Program-made: the position numbers and the translations under genes
Origin: a virus
Taxonomy: Duplodnaviria > Caudoviricetes
Length of the DNA stretch: 64,000 nt
Strand: one strand, 5' to 3'
IMG/VR virus record: IMGVR_UViG_2974778117_000001
Coordinates: 1-64,000 of that record
Part shown: positions 1 through 5,431 of the stretch, in pieces
How positions within the stretch are numbered: position 1 is the first letter of the stretch
Layout of the letters: every line of letters starts with the position of its first letter
Notes under the pieces: model-generated
What the model saw: only the letters and a program-made list of their open reading frames with translations
Databases searched by the model: none
Told to the model about the DNA's origin: nothing

Positions 1-2
1 TC

Positions 3-110
3 CTGTATGACTCGGATGTCAACGAGTATCTGGGCGGTGATGTGCTTGTGTACCATAACGGTGTAGAAGTCGTTGTGGAATTTGAAGAATGGGAATCGAG
101 CCACTGCTGA
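3..110 (+). CDS. Partial hypothetical protein ending EFEEWESSHC (WxxS..C C-terminal family)
   Basis: Manual translation of the frame open from the window edge to TGA 108-110. Confidence 0.6.
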   Translation: MYDSDVNEYLGGDVLVYHNGVEVVVEFEEWESSHC

Positions 111-121
111 GGAGAATGAAG

Positions 122-388
122 ATGACTGACAAGACCCAAGAAATCCGCGACGCGATTGACGAGATCGAGAGCAAGTACTTCGCTGCCGCTCGCCAGTGTA
201 CTTCCGCACAGAAAGAGTTCCTGGACTACGTGCGCAAGCTGGAGTCGACTGGCGATGAAGAAGAGGATGAACGCCTGGTGGATTTCGTGAACGACACCCG
301 CTACAACATCGGTCTGACCGAAGTGTACAAGTCGTTCAGCCTGGAACGCGCATCCGAGTTTGAAGCGTGGGAACCCAGCACATGCTGA
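122..388 (+). CDS. Acidic hypothetical protein ending WEPSTC
   Basis: AGGAG RBS near 110; ORF track. Confidence 0.75.
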   Translation: MTDKTQEIRDAIDEIESKYFAAARQCTSAQKEFLDYVRKLESTGDEEEDERLVDFVNDTRYNIGLTEVYKSFSLERASEFEAWEPSTC

Positions 389-639
389 TGGGCTATCGCT
401 GGCAGTGGTGGGCACTCTTGCCCATCTCACTGCTCTGCACTCTGATATCCGCAGTTTTGTACTTGATCGAATTTGCGATTGAGGTTACACTAAGGGTATC
501 GAGATACGCGCTCGCTGCATGGTTGCCGATCTCAGGTTGGATCTACACCAAAGCCTGGGGAAAGCAGACCAAGGCAATTACCAAGCAGATGAATCGCGCT
601 CGGTGGTACAAGTACAACGCATCCGTCACTCACTGTTAA
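382..639 (+). CDS. Small membrane protein
   Basis: Hydrophobic N-terminal segment; overlaps upstream stop. Confidence 0.6.
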   Translation: MLMGYRWQWWALLPISLLCTLISAVLYLIEFAIEVTLRVSRYALAAWLPISGWIYTKAWGKQTKAITKQMNRARWYKYNASVTHC

Positions 640-652
640 CAGGAGATATATC

Positions 653-950
653 ATGAGCAAGCGTCAAATCAACCCCCCGCGTCGCCGCCTTCCTGGAAGC
701 CAACAAGGACAACCTGGAGGAAGCGAAGAAGCTGAAGGCTCGACTGGAAGAGCTGTTCTCCACGTTCGATGTCCAGTTCGATGAACTGCCGGAAGATGAC
801 CTGCCGACGTGGTACAACGAGGAAGAAACGGACTACGAGGGTGATCTGGAAGAGACCCGCTACGCCATCCAGGAAGCAGCCGAAACCTTCGGACGTGGCT
901 TCAACGGCGAAGAAGGTTACCTGTGGACTCCGAGCACGACGATCTGCTGA
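653..950 (+). CDS. Acidic hypothetical protein ending WTPSTTIC (apparent indel in C-run near 673-678)
   Basis: AGGAG RBS; coherent phage-like codon usage after a one-base shift. Confidence 0.6.
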
Positions 951-1246
951 TGCTCGGTAAGCTCTTCAAACTGATCCAGACCAAGGTCGAAGGGATCAAG
1001 GCGAAGTTGGGTGGCGGAGAGGTGCAAGAGCCTCTCCCCACTCCGGACCAAGTCCGTCGCAACGGTCTCACACGGTATGAACGGATGCTGGAAGACTACT
1101 GGAAGAAGGCAGATGATCGCCATGATCGGGAACCATACCGATACAGTACCGCACCTTCAATTCGTACCTCTGGTAGCTGGGCAACCGATCCATACTTAAG
1201 CGCCAACCCGGTCGTGAACCCGGCGCTATTCGTCGCAATCTTCTAA
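950..1246 (+). CDS. Hypothetical protein
   Basis: TGATG coupling with upstream gene. Confidence 0.6.
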   Translation: MLGKLFKLIQTKVEGIKAKLGGGEVQEPLPTPDQVRRNGLTRYERMLEDYWKKADDRHDREPYRYSTAPSIRTSGSWATDPYLSANPVVNPALFVAIF

Positions 1247-1255
1247 GGAGTCATC

Positions 1256-1375
1256 ATGAAAAAGCTGTACGCAATCGCCGACTGGTTCAAGGGTTTCCGC
1301 TACGGCGGTGCGCTCAGCGGCTTCGGTTATCTCCTGGAGATCATCCTCCTGAAGATCGAAAAGAATTTCAAATGA
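1256..1375 (+). CDS. 39-aa hydrophobic peptide (MKKLYAIADW...)
   Basis: AAGGAG RBS, ATG 1256, TGA 1373-1375. Confidence 0.6.
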   Translation: MKKLYAIADWFKGFRYGGALSGFGYLLEIILLKIEKNFK

Positions 1376-1389
1376 TTTGAAAACAGGGG

Positions 1390-1437
1390 TTGACAGATCC
1401 TAAAGAAGGGTTTAACATATCCCCTGTAGTGTAAATA
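1390..1437 (+). promoter_or_regulatory. sigma70-like early promoter plus TAAATA late promoter at the head of the tRNA array
   Basis: TTGACA(1390-95)-17 bp-TAACAT(1413-18); TAAATA 1432-37. Confidence 0.7.
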
Positions 1438-1457
1438 GTTCGTAACGAGGCAGTCGA

Positions 1458-1533
1458 AGGTCGCTAGCTCAGATGGTTAGAGCATCGGACTTTAATCCGG
1501 TGGTCCTGGGTTCGAGTCCCAGGCGACCTACCA
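1458..1533 (+). tRNA. tRNA-Lys(TTT); anticodon loop reads CTTTAA, probably one T lost to sequencing error
   Basis: AGGTCGC/GCGACCT acceptor, canonical D and T arms, ACCA end. Confidence 0.85.
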
Positions 1534-1536
1534 AAT

Positions 1537-1613
1537 GCCCCGGTAGCTCAACCGGATAGAGCACCCGCCTTCTAAGCGGGTGGTTAGGGGTTCGATTCCC
1601 TTCCGGGGTGCCA
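1537..1613 (+). tRNA. tRNA-Arg(TCT)
   Basis: CCCGC-CTTCTAA-GCGGG arm, GCCA end. Confidence 0.95.
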
Positions 1614-1614
1614 T

Positions 1615-1689
1615 AGCGCGTTAGCTCAGCGGTAGAGCACTCGACCGATAATCGAGTGGTCGTAGGTTCAAATCCTACACGCGCTACCA
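1615..1689 (+). tRNA. tRNA-Ile(GAT), C33
   Basis: CTCGA-CCGATAA-TCGAG arm, ACCA end. Confidence 0.93.
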
Positions 1690-1708
1690 GTTTGAAGTGG
1701 TCTTAGGT

Positions 1709-1783
1709 GTGTACGTTGTTCGTATTGGTTCGGACGCCTGATTGTGAGTCAGGAGCATGTGGGTTCAATTCCCATCGTACACC
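1709..1783 (+). tRNA. tRNA-His(GTG), no encoded G-1 or CCA
   Basis: GTGTACG/CGTACAC acceptor, CCTGA-TTGTGAG-TCAGG arm, C73. Confidence 0.88.
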
Positions 1784-1815
1784 CCTAAGCCCATTTTGCC
1801 TCACAACTAAGGTTT

Positions 1816-1936
1816 GGGGTCGGCAGGTGTGAAGTGTCGACTGTCTTCTTCCAGGAGGACAACCAGATTAGGAGTTGCACGCTGAAGGTGCTGGAACACC
1901 AGACGCGTGAGTGGTTCGATTCCACGTGAGGACCCT
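1816..1936 (+). ncRNA. Candidate structured RNA with a T-arm (GTGG-TTCGATT-CCAC)
   Basis: Hairpins 1819-1841 and 1842-1861, T-arm 1911-1925, GGGTC/GACCC end pairing; lies in the tRNA array. Confidence 0.45.
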
Positions 1937-1989
1937 ATTAGTTTCAGATAAAGTTTCCAAGTTTCACCCGATTCTGGCAACGCAGAGAG

Positions 1990-1995
1990 TAAATA
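1990..1995 (+). promoter_or_regulatory. TAAATA late-promoter motif 5 nt upstream of the leader ATG
   Basis: Same hexamer precedes late virion genes at 23688, 34861, 41327, 49160. Confidence 0.55.
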
Positions 1996-2000
1996 CCTAC

Positions 2001-2084
2001 ATGAACAACATGTATAGCCAAAATCAGTTTTGCAAGTGGTCCGTAGAAGATGCGGGACACAGGTCTGTCTTTGAGAGTTGTTGA
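2001..2084 (+). CDS. Putative attenuator leader peptide MNNMYSQNQFCKWSVEDAGHRSVFESC
   Basis: ATG 2001 to TGA 2082-84; overlaps the antiterminator 5' strand; codons match downstream tRNAs. Confidence 0.7.
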   Translation: MNNMYSQNQFCKWSVEDAGHRSVFESC

Positions 2085-2116
2085 GGCTTAGTCTCACATC
2101 TTAGCGAAGACAGACC
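2062..2116 (+). promoter_or_regulatory. Antiterminator hairpin
   Basis: GGTCTGTCTTTG(2062-73) pairs with CGAAGACAGACC(2105-16), 12 bp, sequestering the terminator 5' arm; internal TGAGGC/GTCTCA hairpin. Confidence 0.7.
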
Positions 2117-2137
2117 CGCCCATAGAGGCGGGTTTTT
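2112..2137 (+). terminator. Intrinsic terminator of the tRNA-array attenuator
   Basis: AGACCCGCC-CATAGA-GGCGGGTTT followed by T-run 2133-37, 5 nt before tRNA-Trp. Confidence 0.8.
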
Positions 2138-2142
2138 CATAC

Positions 2143-2218
2143 ACGTCGGTAGCTCAATTGGCAGAGCGGTGGCCTCCAAAGCCACTGGTTGAGGGTTCAA
2201 GTCCTTCTCGGCGTGCCA
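2143..2218 (+). tRNA. tRNA-Trp(CCA)
   Basis: GTGGC-CTCCAAA-GCCAC arm, GCCA end. Confidence 0.95.
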
Positions 2219-2226
2219 AGATTCAA

Positions 2227-2301
2227 GGCTGGTTGGTCAGAGAGGTTATGCGGATGGTTGCAACCCATCATATGGCGGTTCGAGTCCGTCACCAGCCTCC
2301 A
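2227..2301 (+). tRNA. tRNA-Cys(GCA)
   Basis: GATGG-TTGCAAC-CCATC arm, U73, CCA. Confidence 0.95.
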
Positions 2302-2332
2302 AAAGAATTTCAAAATAGTTGCATCCAAGGGG

Positions 2333-2361
2333 TTGACAACAAGCGGTAAGCGGTATACAAT
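2333..2361 (+). promoter_or_regulatory. sigma70-like promoter
   Basis: TTGACA-17 bp-TACAAT. Confidence 0.8.
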
Positions 2362-2388
2362 ATAGGGACAAAGACGAAGGAGTTGGTT

Positions 2389-2610
2389 ATGAGCAACAAG
2401 CAACGCATTGACGAGATCCTGGAACAAGCCCTCAGCTTCGCAGATGCTGAAGAGGTGCCGGATCTGGATCTCATGGATGTGTGGGTCGAGGTGCTGACCG
2501 AAGCTGGCGCGAATCGCGCTGCAGGTTTCATCAAGTCCTGGCTGGACATCGAGTGGGATTTGAGTCTGGATTCTCTGGACGAGTTCATTGATATCCTCCG
2601 GAGTGAGTAA
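2389..2610 (+). CDS. Small acidic hypothetical protein
   Basis: AAGGAG RBS; ORF track. Confidence 0.75.
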   Translation: MSNKQRIDEILEQALSFADAEEVPDLDLMDVWVEVLTEAGANRAAGFIKSWLDIEWDLSLDSLDEFIDILRSE

Positions 2611-2709
2611 CACGTGGTGGTGTGGGGTTCCTGGACCTGAAAACCAGGTGGTGGAGGGTGACCTAAACCGTCACCCCTGAATGACGCGGGCAGGCGCGTA
2701 ATCCTGCCA
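2611..2709 (+). ncRNA. Candidate three-hairpin small RNA ending in CCA
   Basis: CCTGG/CCAGG, GGGTGAC/GTCACCC and GGCAGG/CCTGCC stems in a gap with no convincing ORF. Confidence 0.45.
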
Positions 2710-2715
2710 AGATTC

Positions 2716-2792
2716 AGGTTGCTAGCTCAACTGGTTAGAGCAATCGCCTCTTAAGCGATAGGTTCAGGGTTCAAGTCCCTGGCGACCTACCA
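2716..2792 (+). tRNA. tRNA-Lys(CTT)
   Basis: ATCGC-CTCTTAA-GCGAT arm, ACCA. Confidence 0.95.
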
Positions 2793-2814
2793 ATTCAAGT
2801 GAAGGAGTTGTTGG

Positions 2815-3081
2815 ATGCCGTTGTACAATTACCGTTGCGAAAGTTGCAATCACAAAGAGAAGATCATGTGTAGCGACTGGAGGGAACACGAGAACTCAGC
2901 GTGTCCCGGATGTGGTAAGCCCGAGTTCAGGTATCGACCTTGGGAGAGGGAGGAAGGAGACAATTCGTGGGGTCTGGTGTCACCGGAACGGCTCGGCAGA
3001 AACAAAGCGCCTCGAGACTTCCGAGATTACCTGACCGCAGTGGGTAAGGTGAACCCTGGCCACAAGATGCGTCTTCACTAA
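2815..3081 (+). CDS. FmdB-like zinc-ribbon protein
   Basis: MPLYNYRCESC...CPGCG motif typical of the FmdB family. Confidence 0.8.
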   Translation: MPLYNYRCESCNHKEKIMCSDWREHENSACPGCGKPEFRYRPWEREEGDNSWGLVSPERLGRNKAPRDFRDYLTAVGKVNPGHKMRLH

Positions 3082-3091
3082 AGTTTGCAAC

Positions 3092-3151
3092 CCGTCAGTC
3101 AGCGTGAGACTGGTCCCATTACAGGGACGTCGGCATCGAACCCCGACACGG
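3092..3151 (+). ncRNA. Perfect four-way-junction mini-cloverleaf RNA
   Basis: CCGT/ACGG closes three abutting 5-bp hairpins with no linker nucleotides. Confidence 0.6.
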
Positions 3152-3161
3152 TGAAGTACAT

Positions 3162-3238
3162 TCTGGATTAGCTCAGTTGGTTAGAGCACGCGCCTGTTAA
3201 GCGCGGGGTCACTGGTTCAAGTCCAGTATCCAGAGCCA
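3162..3238 (+). tRNA. tRNA-Asn(GTT)
   Basis: CGCGC-CTGTTAA-GCGCG arm, GCCA. Confidence 0.95.
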
Positions 3239-3246
3239 AGTTGTAC

Positions 3247-3322
3247 GGGCTGTTAGCTCAGATGGGAGAGCGCCTGCCTTGCACGCAGGAGGTCGTCGGT
3301 TCGATCCCGACACGGTCCACCA
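3247..3322 (+). tRNA. tRNA-Ala(TGC)
   Basis: G3-U70, CCTGC-CTTGCAC-GCAGG, ACCA. Confidence 0.95.
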
Positions 3323-3333
3323 AATTAGGTCAA

Positions 3334-3410
3334 GCTAGCCCCTTTCAACAGGGTCGCCAGTAAATGTCGTCGTGTAACTCGACCGTCACCAGACACGAAA
3401 GAGGGCTGGT
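3334..3410 (+). ncRNA. Candidate pseudoknotted small RNA
   Basis: 13-bp closing stem, GGTCG/CGACC stem and crossing CGTGT/ACACG pairing. Confidence 0.5.
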
Positions 3411-3418
3411 CAAATTCC

Positions 3419-3494
3419 GGGTTGTTAGCTCAGTTGGTAGAGCGCCTCTCTTACACGGAGGATGTCCAGGGTTCGAGACCTTGACAACCCACCA
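3419..3494 (+). tRNA. tRNA-Val(TAC)
   Basis: CCTCT-CTTACAC-GGAGG, ACCA. Confidence 0.95.
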
Positions 3495-3502
3495 AGTTGT
3501 AT

Positions 3503-3577
3503 TGCGCGATAGTGAAATTGGCATCACGTGGGTCTCATAAGCCCAAATTTCGGGTTCGAGCCCCGGTTGCGCAACCA
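3503..3577 (+). tRNA. tRNA-Met(CAT); initiator versus elongator unresolved
   Basis: TGGGT-CTCATAA-GCCCA, ACCA. Confidence 0.9.
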
Positions 3578-3584
3578 GATCAAT

Positions 3585-3659
3585 GCACCGTTCCTCTAAA
3601 GGTTAGGAGATCGGGTCTTCACCCCGACAATAGGAGTTCGAGTCTCCTACGGTGTACCA
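3585..3659 (+). tRNA. tRNA-Glu(TTC), U32-C33 loop
   Basis: TCGGG-TCTTCAC-CCCGA, ACCA. Confidence 0.88.
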
Positions 3660-3670
3660 AACATAGCAAT

Positions 3671-3754
3671 GCCCGAGTGGTGGAACTGGCAGACACACTG
3701 CACTCAAAATGCAGCGCCTCAGGCGTGACGGTTCAAATCCGTCCTTGGGTACCA
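3671..3754 (+). tRNA. tRNA-Leu(CAA)
   Basis: CTGCA-CTCAAAA-TGCAG, long variable arm, ACCA. Confidence 0.95.
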
Positions 3755-3761
3755 ACAATTA

Positions 3762-3845
3762 GGGTTGTGGCGTGCAGGGCACAAACTGGTCTTGAAAACC
3801 AGGCCATCCGAAAGGTTGAGGGTTCGATTCCTTCACGACCCGCCA
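3762..3845 (+). tRNA. tRNA-Ser(TGA), minimal D-loop
   Basis: CTGGT-CTTGAAA-ACCAG, variable arm with GAAA loop, GCCA. Confidence 0.88.
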
Positions 3846-3862
3846 AACATCATGGAGGTTTT

Positions 3863-4126
3863 GTGGACATCAGTCGTTTGGAGCATGCAGTACAGCAGCC
3901 TATGTGGCGCTTCTTCACTCCGAGGACGAGAACCCGCAAAGACTACCACGAATGGGTGTCAACGATTCATCTCATGCTTGCCCGCGACAATGAGCGCAAC
4001 GGTGACATGAAGCGAGCCGCTTGGCATCGAGATCGAGAACAGAACACGTGGCGCCCTTACCTCTCGTATGAGGCGAGCAAGACAGTCGATGAATTGCTGT
4101 ATGGCTGTCGTTGCAGGTGTCACTAG
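3863..4126 (+). CDS. Hypothetical protein in the tRNA array
   Basis: GGAGG RBS, GTG start. Confidence 0.65.
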   Translation: MDISRLEHAVQQPMWRFFTPRTRTRKDYHEWVSTIHLMLARDNERNGDMKRAAWHRDREQNTWRPYLSYEASKTVDELLYGCRCRCH

Positions 4127-4132
4127 AAACAC

Positions 4133-4219
4133 GTAGTGCCGGTGAAGTTGGAGAGTCACACCAGGCTGTAAACCTGGCGCCTTATGGCTGAGTAGGTTCG
4201 ATTCCTACGCGCTGCACCA
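4133..4219 (+). tRNA. tRNA-Tyr(GTA)
   Basis: CCAGG-CTGTAAA-CCTGG, variable arm, ACCA. Confidence 0.93.
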
Positions 4220-4223
4220 ATTC

Positions 4224-4298
4224 GCGTCGATAGCTGAGATGGATTAGCGAGGGGCTGAAAATCCCTAGAGGTTGGTTCGATACCAATTCGATGCACCA
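4224..4298 (+). tRNA. tRNA-Phe(GAA)
   Basis: AGGGG-CTGAAAA-TCCCT, ACCA. Confidence 0.95.
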
Positions 4299-4308
4299 AG
4301 TTAGAAGT

Positions 4309-4385
4309 CGGGTTGTAGTTCAGTTGGTTAGAATGCTTGCCTGTCACGCAAGAGGTCACGGGTTCGATCCCCGTCAGCCCGACCA
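4309..4385 (+). tRNA. tRNA-Asp(GTC) with C1-G72/A73 acceptor
   Basis: CTTGC-CTGTCAC-GCAAG, CGGGTTG/CAGCCCG, ACCA. Confidence 0.92.
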
Positions 4386-4393
4386 AATTTTCC

Positions 4394-4421
4394 TTGACAT
4401 TGTGACCAATGCGGTTACAAT
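4394..4421 (+). promoter_or_regulatory. sigma70-like promoter with palindromic spacer
   Basis: TTGACA-16 bp-TACAAT; ATTGTGACC/GGTTACAAT inverted repeat. Confidence 0.7.
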
Positions 4422-4429
4422 ACAAATGT

Positions 4430-4505
4430 AGCGGGTTAGCTCAGATGGAAGAGCAGTGGGCTTTGATCCCATTGGTCGGGGGTTCGACTCCCTCACCCGC
4501 CGCCA
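4430..4505 (+). tRNA. tRNA-Gln(TTG)
   Basis: GTGGG-CTTTGAT-CCCAT, GCCA. Confidence 0.93.
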
Positions 4506-4516
4506 TACATTAGCCT

Positions 4517-4606
4517 GGGTATTTGCGTGAGTCTGGTTTAAACGAGCTCCGTGCTAAGGAGTCAGGTCGAAAGGCCTCGTAGGTTCAAATCCTACAATAC
4601 CCGCCA
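4517..4606 (+). tRNA. tRNA-Ser(GCT)
   Basis: GCTCC-GTGCTAA-GGAGT, long variable arm, GCCA. Confidence 0.93.
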
Positions 4607-4619
4607 ACTTGAGGAGTAG

Positions 4620-5153
4620 ATGATGTTCAGCATTCCCCGCGGTTATCGTCAGTGCACTGGTGCCTGGTGGCTCGTCGGCACCTATTCCAACATCACCAAC
4701 GGCGCGCTGATCAAGCGCCAGATCATCGTGGATAACGGCGGTGATGATTGGTACCGCAGCACGAATGTCGTCACCCTGGAAGTCGATCATGAAGCCAGCC
4801 ACGCAGCTGGTGAACCGATCCTCCGGGCTTCAACGGAGTCCGGTTCGCTTTACCACTTGCCGCTGAGCAAGATGAAGCAGTCGGATCAGTTGGAGCTCAT
4901 CCAGAAGCATTCGGCACCGCAGGCAAAGATCTTCGATCCGTATGCCCAGGAATGTCAGGTCAAGCGCCTGATGGGCCTGGACGATGACTTCGATCTGAAT
5001 GATCTGGTCCCGGAACCGAAGCCGCTGACCCGTGATGATCTGCTTCGACTGGCACGCGAAGTGTCCGCCGAACTGGAGAAGATCAACAAGATGTACCGCG
5101 ACATGTTCCTCAAGGCGGGCATCGACCTGGAAACCATGAAGCGTATCGCGTAA
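4620..5153 (+). CDS. Hypothetical protein
   Basis: GAGGAG RBS; ORF track. Confidence 0.75.
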   Translation: MMFSIPRGYRQCTGAWWLVGTYSNITNGALIKRQIIVDNGGDDWYRSTNVVTLEVDHEASHAAGEPILRASTESGSLYHLPLSKMKQSDQLELIQKHSAPQAKIFDPYAQECQVKRLMGLDDDFDLNDLVPEPKPLTRDDLLRLAREVSAELEKINKMYRDMFLKAGIDLETMKRIA

Positions 5154-5158
5154 CATAA

Positions 5159-5232
5159 GCGAGAGTAGTTTAACGGTAGAATGTCTGCCTTCCAAGCAGA
5201 TGGTTCGGGTTCGATTCCCGGGTCTCGCTCCA
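5159..5232 (+). tRNA. tRNA-Gly(TCC)
   Basis: TCTGC-CTTCCAA-GCAGA, U73 CCA. Confidence 0.93.
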
Positions 5233-5236
5233 ATCA

Positions 5237-5431
5237 GAAAGTGCTGCTCTTTGCGGTAGTCCAGTGTAACCTGGTGATGACGACCTCGACGGAGGTGGGC
5301 TGGGTGGCGTATCGTCCAAAGTGAATCATCGTGCTGCAGACCGGTGAGTAGCGAAGGAACGAGATGCTTAGGATGCGATCCGCGGAGGCTCGAGTCGGGC
5401 ATAAGTAGCCCTTGCAAAGAGCAGCACTTTC
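5237..5431 (+). ncRNA. Candidate ~195-nt structured RNA closed by an 18-bp perfect stem
   Basis: GAAAGTGCTGCTCTTTGC(5237-54) is the exact reverse complement of 5414-31; several internal hairpins. Confidence 0.7.

Noticed and set aside
1458-1533. 6-nt anticodon loop tRNA-Lys as a frameshift suppressor
   Set aside because: CTTTAA versus canonical CTTTTAA is the same homopolymer-shortening error seen elsewhere.
1783-1830. HDV-like theta ribozyme after tRNA-His
   Set aside because: P1/P2/P3-like pairings can be drawn, but there is no G at the cleavage site, no L3 consensus and no J4/2 catalytic C motif.
1816-2137. tmRNA (standard or permuted)
   Set aside because: The 5' GGGG..TCGAC and T-arm resemble tmRNA, but there is no G3-U70, no CCA, the T-arm does not abut the acceptor, and no Ala-ending tag frame is present. 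The downstream part is better explained as an attenuator.
3585-3659. Opal suppressor or Sec tRNA (TCA) and stop-codon recoding
   Set aside because: The stem register gives loop TCTTCAC with TTC central, and genes in the window end normally at TGA, TAA and TAG.
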